Below are positions 9,213 through 19,215 of a stretch of 64,000 nucleotides of DNA, piece after piece. Numbering within the stretch: the stretch's first letter is position 1; the number at the start of each line of letters is the position of its first letter. The notes beneath the pieces were generated by a model. It had not been told where the DNA came from, ran no database searches, and was given only the letters and a program-made list of their open reading frames with translations. A program made the position numbers and the translations under genes. Origin of the DNA: an uncultured Syntrophaceae bacterium (GTDB taxonomy: Bacteria; Desulfobacterota; SM23-61); contig CAZAGD010000130.1 in NCBI GenBank assembly GCA_964484485.1, positions 339-64,338 of the forward strand. Direction: 5' to 3'.

Positions 9213-10820
9213 ATGAATAAACAGGTATTCGTTTCCCACCGACCAGTAGTCATGGGCACTAATTGGATGATTACCTCTGGTCATCCCTTGGCTTCTCAGG
9301 CAGGAGCAGTCATCTTGGAGAGAGGCGGGCAAGCTATTGACGCAGCTATTGCGGCTAACGCCGTCTTATGTGTGGTCAGGCCTCATATGTGTGGCTTGGG
9401 TGGTGATGCCTTTATCATCTTTTACCAGGCTAAAGACAAGAAAGTAGAGGTTTTAAATGCCAGCGGCCGTTCGCCTTTTGCTGCTACTCGAGAATTTTAT
9501 GTGGAGCAAGGTTTTAAGAATATCCCCGAGCGAGGGATTCTTACGGCTACTGTGCCGGGCGTAGTAGATGGTTGGGTGGCCGCTTTAGAAAAATATGGAT
9601 CTATTCCCTTAACCGAGCTTCTCCAGAAAGCCATTCTATATGCGGAAAAGGGATTTCCCGTTTACCAGGAGTTGAGTCAAGTAATTGCTCAAGAAGCAGA
9701 ATTATTGCAAAAGTCGCCGGACGCTGCGAGGATTTTTTTAAAGAATGGCCGGCCACCCCAGGTGGGTGAGCTCCTTGTCCAGCCCGAGTTAGCAGCATCT
9801 TTTAAAAAAATTGCCCGGGAGGGAAGAAAAGTTTTTTATGAAGGTGAGATTGCGGAAGCTATCGTAAATTTTTCGCGAGAAGTAGGCGGTTTGTTTTCGG
9901 AGAGGGACTTAATTGAACATCGGGCCACTTGGGTTTCTCCTATAGAAACTACCTACCGAGGCTATCGTGTCTTAGCTAACCCGCCTAATTCGCAAGGCGT
10001 GGCCTTGCTTATGCAGCTTAACATGATTGAGAACTTCGATTTAAAGAAATTGGGACATAATAGCGCCGATTATGTGCATCTGTTAGTAGAAGCTAAAAAA
10101 TTGGCTTTTGCTGATCGGGATCGTTATGTGGGCGACCCCGATTTTCATCCTGTTCCCATAGAAAAAATGATAGCCAAAGAGTACGGCTTTAGACAGAGCT
10201 CCCGGATTGATTTTAATAAGGCTGCATCTGTTGTATCTCCCACCGAATTTTCAATTGGGGGAGGAGACACCATCTATTTAGCCGTCGTGGATAAAGAGGG
10301 CAATGCCGTCTCGATGATCCAGAGCCTTTATGAAGCTTTTGGAAGCGGGGTAGTCGTTAAAGGAACAGGCATCCTGCTGCATAATCGGGGAAGAGGATTT
10401 AATCTCGAAGCTAATCATCCCAATTGTTTACAACCTCATAAGAGACCATATCATACTCTATCTCCTTGTTTGGTGATGAAAGATGATCTTCCCTTCATGG
10501 TCTTGGGCACTCCTGGAGCCGATGGCCAAACGCAAACTATCACGCAAGTTTTAGCAAACTTTATTGACTTCGGTGCAGATATCCAAGAGGCGATAGAAGC
10601 TCCCCGCTGGCGGAGTTTTCCGGGGACACGTTTAGCCATTGAAGACCGCTTTCCGGCTGAGGTCTTTGAGAAATTAAAGAGCAAAGGCCATGAGTTAGAA
10701 ATCCTGCCCGCTTATTCTGCCGTGTGCGGAGGCGCTCAAGGAATTATCCTCGACCATAAAAATGGAGTTTTGATGGGAGGAGCAGATCCCCGGCGACATG
10801 GGTATGTAATCGGTAGCTGA
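9213..10820 (+). CDS. ggt: Gamma-glutamyltransferase family Ntn-hydrolase
   Basis: GLGGDAF, TVPG, NPPNSQG, GGDTIYLAVVD (autocleavage Thr), KRPYHTL, GGADPRR. Confidence 0.9.
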   Translation: MNKQVFVSHRPVVMGTNWMITSGHPLASQAGAVILERGGQAIDAAIAANAVLCVVRPHMCGLGGDAFIIFYQAKDKKVEVLNASGRSPFAATREFYVEQGFKNIPERGILTATVPGVVDGWVAALEKYGSIPLTELLQKAILYAEKGFPVYQELSQVIAQEAELLQKSPDAARIFLKNGRPPQVGELLVQPELAASFKKIAREGRKVFYEGEIAEAIVNFSREVGGLFSERDLIEHRATWVSPIETTYRGYRVLANPPNSQGVALLMQLNMIENFDLKKLGHNSADYVHLLVEAKKLAFADRDRYVGDPDFHPVPIEKMIAKEYGFRQSSRIDFNKAASVVSPTEFSIGGGDTIYLAVVDKEGNAVSMIQSLYEAFGSGVVVKGTGILLHNRGRGFNLEANHPNCLQPHKRPYHTLSPCLVMKDDLPFMVLGTPGADGQTQTITQVLANFIDFGADIQEAIEAPRWRSFPGTRLAIEDRFPAEVFEKLKSKGHELEILPAYSAVCGGAQGIILDHKNGVLMGGADPRRHGYVIGS

Positions 10821-10824
10821 AGTT

Positions 10825-12036
10825 TCAGATTATTTCTTGTTCTTTCAATTGGCGTACTTCTGCGCTCGAGTAACCAAGAAGAGAAGTAAGAATTTCCTCG
10901 TTATTTTCGCCCAGCAACGGGGGAGGGGCGGTCACTTCAATTCTGCTATCGGAAAATGTTACTGGCGGGCCGACTGCTTTTACTTTTCCATAAAAAGGAT
11001 GCTCTATTTCTTTTACTAAGCCCAGATGTTGCACTTGGGGATCAGCAAAAACCCGATCAAAAGTATTGATGGGACCGCAGGGTATACCGGCCTGATCGAA
11101 TAAAGGAATCCATTCATCTACAGTCTTTTCGGCTAACTTGCGATCTATAATTTCCATCAAGGCCTGTCGATTTAGTAGGCGGCGAGAATTATCCGCAAAT
11201 CGTGGATCATCTTGCAACTCTTCTATTTCTAAGAGCTGGCAAAAAGATTTCCACATCCGCTCGTTGATTACGCCAAAAATAAGATAATCGTCTTTAGCCC
11301 GGTGGGCTTCATACGGAACGATGTTGGGGTGCGCGCTTCCCCAGCGCTGAGGAATGATTCCGCCAATTAAGTAATTAGAACCTATATTGATAAGGGTAGC
11401 TAACTGCATGGCTAAAAGGTTAATCGAGATGCGCTGGCCTTGGCCGGTTTTTTCCCGCAGGAAGAGGACTGAGGTAATAGCCCCAAAAGCATAAAGACCG
11501 GTAAGCACATCAATTAAAGGGACGCCTATCTTAACAGGTTCACCATCAGGAGGACCAGTTATAGACATCAATCCGCCAATGGCGGAGACGATCACATCTA
11601 CGCCCGGCTTATCCCGATATGGACCATCTGTCCCGTAACCTGTAATATCGCAATAAATTAAAGCGGGGTTTATTTTCTGCAAAACTGCATAACCTATACC
11701 CAATTCATCCATGGTGCCTGGCCGAAAATTTTCTATCACTACATCAGCTTTCGATACCAACTGCTTAAAAATTTCGATGCCTTGCGGGTGCTTAAAATTT
11801 AAGGTTAAGCTTTTTTTATTCCGGTTAATGGAGATAAAATAGGCGCTAACTTTATCGGCAACCCAAGGAGGACCCCAGGAGCGGCTTTCATCACCGATTT
11901 TCGGTTGTTCTATTTTTATTACCTCTGCCCCCAGGTCGCCCATGACCATAGAGCAATATGGCCCGGCAATGATCCGGGTCAGATCAAGGACCCGAATTCC
12001 CTGCAGAGGTGGATTAGATTTAGAATTTTCTTTCAT
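10825..12036 (-). CDS. CaiB/BaiF family (class III) CoA-transferase
   Basis: PLQGIRVLDLTRIIAGP, NRNKKS, ENFRPG, PPLLGE. Confidence 0.9.
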   Translation of the reverse strand: MKENSKSNPPLQGIRVLDLTRIIAGPYCSMVMGDLGAEVIKIEQPKIGDESRSWGPPWVADKVSAYFISINRNKKSLTLNFKHPQGIEIFKQLVSKADVVIENFRPGTMDELGIGYAVLQKINPALIYCDITGYGTDGPYRDKPGVDVIVSAIGGLMSITGPPDGEPVKIGVPLIDVLTGLYAFGAITSVLFLREKTGQGQRISINLLAMQLATLINIGSNYLIGGIIPQRWGSAHPNIVPYEAHRAKDDYLIFGVINERMWKSFCQLLEIEELQDDPRFADNSRRLLNRQALMEIIDRKLAEKTVDEWIPLFDQAGIPCGPINTFDRVFADPQVQHLGLVKEIEHPFYGKVKAVGPPVTFSDSRIEVTAPPPLLGENNEEILTSLLGYSSAEVRQLKEQEII

Positions 12037-12120
12037 CTCATCTCCTTGTTTGGCAAAAGATAAATTCTAATTGATCAGATACCATATTTCCCAAATTTTG
12101 GCAACGAAAGGAGTGTCTTC

Positions 12121-12370
12121 CTGACTGTTTGTTCCCATCTGAGCCATGTTTTGATGTTTATTAAGAAACTGCTCGGCGGGCAGAGTAATGCCTCAATGAA
12201 GCGGGGGTAATATATAAGAATCTTATTTTCTCCTATTTACTCCTCCCGCTCCCTCTTAACTTAAGAGGGAGCGGGGAAGTTAAATCCTTACCTTATGAAT
12301 TATATTTAGTAAGCAATAAGCCTTTCCTTTTCGCCAGCGGAGAAAGGCGTGGTGTGGAATTACCAGTCAG
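12121..12370. mobile_element. About 250-bp MITE-like element with CTGACTG terminal inverted repeats between divergent promoters
   Basis: Left end ctgactgtttgttcc; right end reverse complement ctgactggtaattcc. Flanks agtgtcttc / agaatcttc match 7/9. Internal palindrome cccgctccctcttaacttaagagggagcggg. Confidence 0.5.
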
Positions 12371-12382
12371 AGAATCTTCATT

Positions 12383-12411
12383 TTGACTTTTATTATAGAT
12401 TAGCCTATACT
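12383..12411 (+). promoter_or_regulatory. sigma70 promoter of fba-fbp
   Basis: TTGACT-17 bp-TATACT. Confidence 0.7.
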
Positions 12412-12482
12412 GCTAAAAAAATAGTAAGAGGCAGATCGACGCAGAATTTTTGGATAAAAATAATCAGCAAGGGGGAATAAAT

Positions 12483-13496
12483 ATGCCTTTAATGACTACC
12501 AAGCCGATGTTTGATCTTGCTTATGATGGCGGTTTTGCTATAGGTGCTTTCAATGTGAATAATATGGAAATTACCCAAGGAATTATCGAAGCCTGCGCCT
12601 TAGAAAAAAGCCCCTTAATTTTGCAGATATCTAAGGGGGCACGTAAATATGCGAAGATGCGCTACCTGAGACACATAATCCAAGCAGCAGTAGAAGAATA
12701 CCCCGAACTGCCCATTGCTATCCACCTTGATCATGGAGACACGTTGGAATTAGTAGAGTCTTGTCTGCAAGAGGGATTTACGAGTGTCATGATCGATGGT
12801 TCCCATCTGCCTTATGAAGAAAATGTCCGATTGACGGCAGCCGTTGTCCAGAAAGCTCATCCGGAGGGAGTTCCCGTAGAAGGAGAGCTGGGCGTTCTGG
12901 GCGGGATAGAAGAACATGTAGTGGGCTTAAAGGCTGAAGAATATGAAAAAAGTATAGAAAAATTTCTGACTGACCCGATGCAAGCAGCCGATTTTTGGAA
13001 GCGTACTGGAGTAGATAGTTTGGCTATTGCTATTGGGACCAGCCACGGCGCCTATAAATTTAAACACGAGGCCAAATTAGCGATGGACCGCATTGAACAA
13101 ATCATGAAGACCTGTCCGGGCCTTCCACTGGTAATGCATGGCTCTTCCAGCGTTCCGCAAGAATTTATTGATTTGATAAATAAATATGGTGGGAACATGC
13201 CTAATGCCATGGGTGTACCGGAGGAGCAGATTCATATGGCGGTGACTAAATATGGGGTATGCAAAGTCAATATTGATACCGATTTGCGTTTGGCCTTGAC
13301 GGCCAAAATTCGAGAAGTTTTTGCCACTAAGCCTGCTGAATTTGATCCGCGTAATTACCTTGGTCCGGGGCGCCAAGCAATTACTGAGATGGTTCGTCAT
13401 AAACTGCATGTTCTTAACTGTGCCGGGAAAACTGAGGCGGTAATCAAACAATGGCAGAAATTGGGCAGGCCTTTGCCGCGCTATTATTTGAAATAA
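12483..13496 (+). CDS. fba: Class II fructose-1,6-bisphosphate aldolase
   Basis: [42 protein letters not shown]; start at ATG 12483 behind an AGGGGG RBS. Confidence 0.92.
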   Translation: MPLMTTKPMFDLAYDGGFAIGAFNVNNMEITQGIIEACALEKSPLILQISKGARKYAKMRYLRHIIQAAVEEYPELPIAIHLDHGDTLELVESCLQEGFTSVMIDGSHLPYEENVRLTAAVVQKAHPEGVPVEGELGVLGGIEEHVVGLKAEEYEKSIEKFLTDPMQAADFWKRTGVDSLAIAIGTSHGAYKFKHEAKLAMDRIEQIMKTCPGLPLVMHGSSSVPQEFIDLINKYGGNMPNAMGVPEEQIHMAVTKYGVCKVNIDTDLRLALTAKIREVFATKPAEFDPRNYLGPGRQAITEMVRHKLHVLNCAGKTEAVIKQWQKLGRPLPRYYLK

Positions 13497-13522
13497 CTTC
13501 TCCAGCAGAAAAGGGAATGAAT

Positions 13523-14542
13523 ATGCCTCAAATTACGGTAATTGAACATCTTCTTTGGCACCAAAAAGAATCTCCCATGGCCACCGGCCGTTTTACCAGG
13601 CTTCTGAATGAGCTTATCTTGGCTGCCAAGATTATTTCCCGAGAAGTAAATAAAGCGGGCTTAGTGGATATTCTTGGTTTTACGGGGGAGGTTAATGTCC
13701 AAGGGGAAGAAGTAAGGCGTCTGGATGAATTCGCTAATCGCGTGCTCATTCATCGCTTGGAAAGAGCAGGCGTCCTTTGTGCCATGGCTTCGGAAGAAAA
13801 TGCGGACTTAATAGAAATTCCACCATCTTATCCTATGGGAGATTACATCTTGATTTTTGACCCTCTTGATGGATCTTCCAATATAGACGTTAATGTATCT
13901 ATCGGTACGATTTTTTCCATTTATCGGCGCCTTAGGGCCAGCGGAAAAAGAGTAACTATGGACGAAGTGCTCCAGAAAGGTTCGCGGCAAGTAGCCGCCG
14001 GCTATTTTGTTTATGGTTCATCGACGATGATGGTATATACTACTGGGCAAGGAGTACATGGTTTTACTCTCGACCCAGGCGTAGGGGAATTTCTACTTTC
14101 CCATCCAAACATTAAAATTCCTGAAAATGGCAAGATATATTCCGTCAATGAAGCTAATTGGGCCTATTGGGATGAGCCTACCCGCCAAGTTATTTCTTAT
14201 TTTAAAAGTCCTGAGAACGAGCGGGGAGAACCTTATACCCTACGCTATATTGGTTCTTTAGTTGCTGACTTTCATCGTAACTTGCTCAGCGGAGGTATAT
14301 TTATGTATCCGGCAGATTTCCGCAATTCCAAGAAGCCCCGCGGTAAACTCCGTCTCATGTGCGAGGCTAATCCCTTGGCTATGATAGTTCAAGAAGCCGG
14401 CGGCTTGGCCACCGATGGAATTAACTCCATCTTGGAGATTGAGCCGCAAGAATTGCACCAACGCGTGCCGCTCTTTATTGGATCCAAAAGAGATGTGCTG
14501 AAAGTGGCGGAAATATATCGGCAGAATTTTAATTTAACCTAA
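13523..14542 (+). CDS. fbp: Class 1 fructose-1,6-bisphosphatase
   Basis: [46 protein letters not shown]. Confidence 0.93.
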   Translation: MPQITVIEHLLWHQKESPMATGRFTRLLNELILAAKIISREVNKAGLVDILGFTGEVNVQGEEVRRLDEFANRVLIHRLERAGVLCAMASEENADLIEIPPSYPMGDYILIFDPLDGSSNIDVNVSIGTIFSIYRRLRASGKRVTMDEVLQKGSRQVAAGYFVYGSSTMMVYTTGQGVHGFTLDPGVGEFLLSHPNIKIPENGKIYSVNEANWAYWDEPTRQVISYFKSPENERGEPYTLRYIGSLVADFHRNLLSGGIFMYPADFRNSKKPRGKLRLMCEANPLAMIVQEAGGLATDGINSILEIEPQELHQRVPLFIGSKRDVLKVAEIYRQNFNLT

Positions 14543-14579
14543 ATTGAGTGATTTTTCATTATTCATTACATCAAAAATA

Positions 14580-14679
14580 CTGGATTTCTGCCTGCTTCAG
14601 CCTGCTTCATGCTCCCGCAGGAATGAAAAATATCACCCAAGGAATGAGAATGTCATTCCGATGGAAACGGGAATCCAGA
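14580..14679. repeat. Pair of TCATTCC-N-GGAATCCAG palindromic repeats; the left copy carries two inserted 10/11-nt units
   Basis: ctggatttctg[cctgcttcag cctgcttcatg]ctcccgcaggaatga, followed by gtcattccgatggaaacgggaatccag. Confidence 0.7.
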
Positions 14680-14749
14680 AGATTTTCTCTTCATAAATAT
14701 CATAAAGAAGCACTTAGTTTAGGTTTAAATAATAGAGAAACGCGCTCGC

Positions 14750-16000
14750 ATGGTTAGCTTTAATTTATTGTTGACTATCTTCCTGTTGCTTTATGGCGCT
14801 CGGGCCGCTTTTCAATATTACTTAAACCATTTGAATATCTCTTACCTGCGTCTTCATGGCGCCGAGGTTCCCCAGGTCTTTCGAGATTTTGTCGACCAGG
14901 AGAAATTGGCCAAAATTTCTGCTTACAATCTGGAAAGCGCAAATTTTAGTATGCGGGAATCTATATTGAGCCAAGCCTTCTTTTTATTAATTTTACTTTC
15001 TGGCTTCTTGCCTTGGTTGGTGACCACGATCTCGCCATGGAAATTAAGCCCCCAGCTTTCGGGATTGATTTTTTGGGGCATTTTGGCCATTATTTCAACT
15101 CTTTGGCAGATTCCTTTTAGTCTCTATGATAACTTCGTCATCGAAGCCAAATATGGGTTCAATACGAAAACTTTTAAATTATGGACAACTGATCTTCTCA
15201 AGAGCTTGTTGATTTCCTTTGTCTTGGGAAGTCTCCTCCTTTATTTATTATTGTCACTGATCGATTATGGTGGGGATTTTTGGTGGTTTTGGGCTTGGAT
15301 AGTATTAGGTTTGGTTGAGTTGTTGATTATTTTTCTATATCCCGTATTGATCGCCCCCTGGTTTAATAAATTCACCCCTATTAATAATGAAGATTTAAAA
15401 AAAAGCATTGGGCATTTACTGGAAAAAGCGGGACTAAGGGCCAAAGGCATTTTCCAAATGGATGCTAGCAAAAGAAGTCGACATACTAATGCTTACTTTA
15501 CGGGTTTAGGCAAAAGCAAAAGAATAATCCTCTTTGATACCCTGCTCAATGCCCATCCTAAAGAAGAGGTTTTAGCTATTCTGGCGCATGAAATTGGCCA
15601 TTGGAAGAAGGGACATCTTATAAAACAACTTATTTTAACAGAGCTAATTTCTTTGATTGGACTTTATTTAGCGGCCAAATTACTCGCCTGGCCACATTTA
15701 TACCAGACTTTCGGCTTTGCCGAATCCCTCCCCTATGTGGGTCTTCTATTAGTCGGGGCTTTGGCCAGCCCCTTGGGATATTTTCTCACGCCTTTGGGAG
15801 CAGCGATTTCTCGAAAATATGAACGAGAAGCTGATGAATTTTATTGGAAACTTATGGGAAATAAAGAGGCTATGATTAATGCTCTGAAAAGATTGGGAGT
15901 GGATAACCTCAGCAATTTGAACCCTCATCCTACATTTGCTTGGTTTTATTATTCCCATCCCCCGCTTCTGGAGAGGATTAATTATATTTTGAGCAAATAA
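14750..16000 (+). CDS. M48 family zinc metalloprotease (Ste24-like)
   Basis: Multiple TM segments; NAYFTG, LAHEIGH (HExxH), EREAD, SHPPLLERI. Confidence 0.9.
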   Translation: MVSFNLLLTIFLLLYGARAAFQYYLNHLNISYLRLHGAEVPQVFRDFVDQEKLAKISAYNLESANFSMRESILSQAFFLLILLSGFLPWLVTTISPWKLSPQLSGLIFWGILAIISTLWQIPFSLYDNFVIEAKYGFNTKTFKLWTTDLLKSLLISFVLGSLLLYLLLSLIDYGGDFWWFWAWIVLGLVELLIIFLYPVLIAPWFNKFTPINNEDLKKSIGHLLEKAGLRAKGIFQMDASKRSRHTNAYFTGLGKSKRIILFDTLLNAHPKEEVLAILAHEIGHWKKGHLIKQLILTELISLIGLYLAAKLLAWPHLYQTFGFAESLPYVGLLLVGALASPLGYFLTPLGAAISRKYEREADEFYWKLMGNKEAMINALKRLGVDNLSNLNPHPTFAWFYYSHPPLLERINYILSK

Positions 16001-16046
16001 TTTGCCACCGAGGACTAATCTTCCCCATCCCTTCTTTAAATTTAAT

Positions 16047-16255
16047 CCCCCCGTCCCTCCCTTTAGAAAAGGGAAATACGCTCCCCTCTTTTTTAAAGAG
16101 GGGACGGGGGAGATTATAGGACGCAGATGAACGCTGATTTTCAGGATTACAAATAATTATCTAATATTCTCTTTTTCTCTGTGTGCTCCGTGCCCTCTGT
16201 GGCTAATATTAATAAAATAATTCTCTGCGCCCTTAGCGTTCTCGGCGGTGAATTA
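16047..16255. repeat. Cluster of short palindromic and degenerate repeats
   Basis: ccccccgtccctccc...gaggggacggggg hairpin at 16047-16110; ggacgcagatgaacgctgattttcagga at 16119-16146; ctctgtgtgctccgtgccctctgtgg; ctctgcgcccttagcgttctcggcgg. Confidence 0.6.
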
Positions 16256-16364
16256 TTCCAGGCCTTATGGTTGGCCGATTAAAGCAATGGACAAGCCCTT
16301 GCCCTACGAATTTGATCTATTGTTCATCTCGGAATTTCGTAACCCCCCTCCTCCCTATTAACTT

Positions 16365-16482
16365 ATTAATGGGAGCATAAAATAAACGACATCTTCATAC
16401 GGGGTTCGGCAAGCCCCAAGGGCTTGCCCTGCGAGAAATTTAAAAAACCTCAAATGTAGGGCAAGGGCTTGTCCCTTGCCGC
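16365..16482 (+). repeat. Dispersed about 118-bp element with an ATTAATGGGAGC end and two GTAG-type REP-like palindromes
   Basis: Aligns over its full length with the reverse complement of 34552-34667; contains gtagggcaagggcttgtcccttgcc. Confidence 0.8.
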
Positions 16483-16653
16483 ACTTGCTTTTATTTCTTA
16501 TGTATAATTACGACAAAATTTCATTGGGGAAACTCGATAAAGCCGGACCACGGAGTAAGATAAGAGTGATAACTGCAAATATTTAATTGCTCCGATTAAT
16601 AAGAGAAAGAAAGGAGGGTGTTAAGGTAAGAGGAGGTGGGGGGATAAATACAA

Positions 16654-16681
16654 TTGACTTGAGCTTTTAGATAATTATAAT
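16654..16681 (+). promoter_or_regulatory. Putative sigma70 promoter of the peptide ABC operon
   Basis: TTGACT-16 bp-TATAAT; GGAGGT RBS before 16742. Confidence 0.55.
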
Positions 16682-16741
16682 GTTTAATTAACCCCTGCAT
16701 CTAATACAAATTTTGCATGTTAAAAAAAGAGGAGGTGTTTT

Positions 16742-18280
16742 ATGTTTAGAGAATTTACTGTAAGAAAGTTTGGGGCAATTATTTTATCAATTTTCAGTTT
16801 GCTTATTCTTACCGGCTCAGCTGGGGCTAGCCCAAAAGGGAAATTAGTTTGTGCCTTATCTACAGATATTAGCACTTTAGATCCGCAAAATCATAACATT
16901 CGGGTCAATTACATCATAGGCTGGCACCTTTACGATAATTTAGTGATGCGCAACCAGAAGACTATGAAGATTGAACCTCATTTGGCAGAATCGTGGAGAA
17001 TTATTGACGACTATACTTGGGAGTTTAAGCTGCGGAAAGGAATTAAATTTGATAATGGCGAACCTTTTAATGCCGAGTGTGTGAAATTTACTATTGAGCG
17101 GGGATTGGACCCCAAATGTCCACAAAGGCCCACAGTTTCTTGGGTTAAGGAAGTCAAAGTTATCGATGATTACACAGTTAGGTTAATAACGCATACTCCC
17201 TATCCAGTAGCCCTCGAAAGGCTGGCCAATTACCAGATGCTACCGGTGAAATGGGTAAAAGAAAAAGGGTTGGATTTTATTGCCACCAATGCTAATGGCA
17301 CAGGGCCATATCGGTTGAAAGAGTGGAAAAGAGGAGTGCATATCATATTGGAAGCTAAAGAAAATTACTGGAAAGGTGCACCGGCTATTAAAACAATTAT
17401 TTATCGGCCCATAAAAGAAATCGCCACCCAAATTTCCGAGCTGCTTACGGGGGGAATTGACATCGTGCGGGACATTCCTCCTGATCAAATACCCTTGGTG
17501 GAAAATTCGGGCATTGCCCGCATCTCTAAGGCCCCCACGCTGCGCGTGGTCTATTTACTCTTCGATGCTGATGGCCGAGCCGGAAAATCGCCCGTCCAGA
17601 ATTTAAAAGTTCGGCAGGCGATCAGCCATGCCATTGATGTAGATACCATCATAAAAACCGTAATGACTGGTAATGCGACGAAAACTGCGGCCGTCTTGAA
17701 TCCGCAGCATTTCGGTTATGACAAATCTCTGGAAAATCCATATCCTTATAACCCAGAAAAAGCCCGGCAGCTCCTTAAAGAAGCCAACTTTCCTTTTGAC
17801 CAACCTCTCCGCCTGGTAACATATACCGGGAGTATTCAAAACCCGCGAGCCCTCATAGAGGCTGTAGCTGGCTACTTGGCTAAAGTAGGGATAAAGACCA
17901 ATGTGAATGTATATACAGATATTGGGATGTGGGATCGTTTAGGCAGAGAAGGAAAGCAAAATGATCTGAGTATCCATAGCTGGGGAAGCGGGGGGGTTTA
18001 TGATGCTGATGCCCTTTATTATAGTTACTTCCGCAGTGGCCAGGCCTATTGCTATGGTTCTTCGCCAGAGATGGACAAGTGGTTGGATCAAGCTCGTTCT
18101 ACCTTGGATCAGAATTTAAGAAAGAAACTTTATTACCAGGTGGGTAAGTACATTAACGATCATGCCTTAGCTGTTTCTTTTTATGCCCAACACGCTATTT
18201 TAGGCATCAATAAAAGAGTTATTTACGAGGCGCCGCCCGATGAGTTCTTAAGAACCTTTGAGGCCCAACTCAAAGAGTAA
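16742..18280 (+). CDS. Peptide/nickel ABC transporter substrate-binding protein (family 5)
   Basis: TLDPQ, PHLAESW, LRKGIKFDNGEPF, GTGPY, VRQAISHAID. Confidence 0.9.
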   Translation: MFREFTVRKFGAIILSIFSLLILTGSAGASPKGKLVCALSTDISTLDPQNHNIRVNYIIGWHLYDNLVMRNQKTMKIEPHLAESWRIIDDYTWEFKLRKGIKFDNGEPFNAECVKFTIERGLDPKCPQRPTVSWVKEVKVIDDYTVRLITHTPYPVALERLANYQMLPVKWVKEKGLDFIATNANGTGPYRLKEWKRGVHIILEAKENYWKGAPAIKTIIYRPIKEIATQISELLTGGIDIVRDIPPDQIPLVENSGIARISKAPTLRVVYLLFDADGRAGKSPVQNLKVRQAISHAIDVDTIIKTVMTGNATKTAAVLNPQHFGYDKSLENPYPYNPEKARQLLKEANFPFDQPLRLVTYTGSIQNPRALIEAVAGYLAKVGIKTNVNVYTDIGMWDRLGREGKQNDLSIHSWGSGGVYDADALYYSYFRSGQAYCYGSSPEMDKWLDQARSTLDQNLRKKLYYQVGKYINDHALAVSFYAQHAILGINKRVIYEAPPDEFLRTFEAQLKE

Positions 18281-18284
18281 AGGG

Positions 18285-19202
18285 ATGAAAAGTTATATTC
18301 TCCATAGGCTTTTTCAAGCCGTAATAGTTATCTGGGGGATAAGTTTAATCACCTTTTCTCTTCTTCATCTCTTTCGTGATCCAGTTTTGATTTTACTTCC
18401 TCCAGAAGCCACGAAAGAGGATGTGGCCCTCTTAAGGAAAGAAATGGGTTTAGACCAACCCATTTATATCCGTTATTTCAAGTTTTTGGGAGGCATGGTT
18501 CAAGGAGATTTCGGTAAATCTTTTGTAGCCCAAAGACCTGCGCTGAGTTTAGTTTTGGAAAGAATGCCCATGACTCTCTGGTTAGCCGCTTCTGGTCTGC
18601 TCTTGGCCATTATCATTTCCATCCCTTTGGGTGTGTTGGCGGCGGTCCGCCGCAATCAAATTCACGACCATTCTGCTTCTGTTTTGGCCGTCTTGGGGCA
18701 AGCCATGCCTCTTTTTTGGTTGGATATTATGCTCATTATTATTTTTGCTGTAAAGTTACGTTTGCTTCCAGCTTCAGGGGCGGGGAGCTATAAACATATT
18801 ATTTTGCCGGCTACGGGGATTGCTGTTTCTCTGTTGCCAATTCTTATGCGCCTGACTCGTTCGCGGATGATTGAGATTCTATCTCAAGATTATATCCGCA
18901 CGGCGCGGGCTAAAGGTCTGGGTGAGAGGGCTGTGCTCTTCCGCCACGCTTTGCGTAATGCCCTCATTCCTGTAATTACTATCTTAGGCTTTCAATTTGG
19001 AATGCTTTTAGGAGGCGCCGTAATCACGGAAACTATTTTTGCCTGGCCAGGGGTGGCTAGCCTGGTAGTGGAATCAATATTCAATGCGGATTTTCCCGTA
19101 GTCCAGGCTGCTGTGGCCCTCTTCGCCTTCCTCATCGTTTTAGCCAATCTGTTTACGGATGTCATTATTGCTTGGTTAGATCCTAAAGTGCGTTTCGGTT
19201 AA
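18285..19202 (+). CDS. Peptide ABC transporter permease (DppB-like)
   Basis: GDFGKSF, YIRTARAKGL (EAA region), ETIFAWPG, LDPKV. Confidence 0.9.
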   Translation: MKSYILHRLFQAVIVIWGISLITFSLLHLFRDPVLILLPPEATKEDVALLRKEMGLDQPIYIRYFKFLGGMVQGDFGKSFVAQRPALSLVLERMPMTLWLAASGLLLAIIISIPLGVLAAVRRNQIHDHSASVLAVLGQAMPLFWLDIMLIIIFAVKLRLLPASGAGSYKHIILPATGIAVSLLPILMRLTRSRMIEILSQDYIRTARAKGLGERAVLFRHALRNALIPVITILGFQFGMLLGGAVITETIFAWPGVASLVVESIFNADFPVVQAAVALFAFLIVLANLFTDVIIAWLDPKVRFG

Positions 19203-19215
19203 AGAGATTAGTTAT

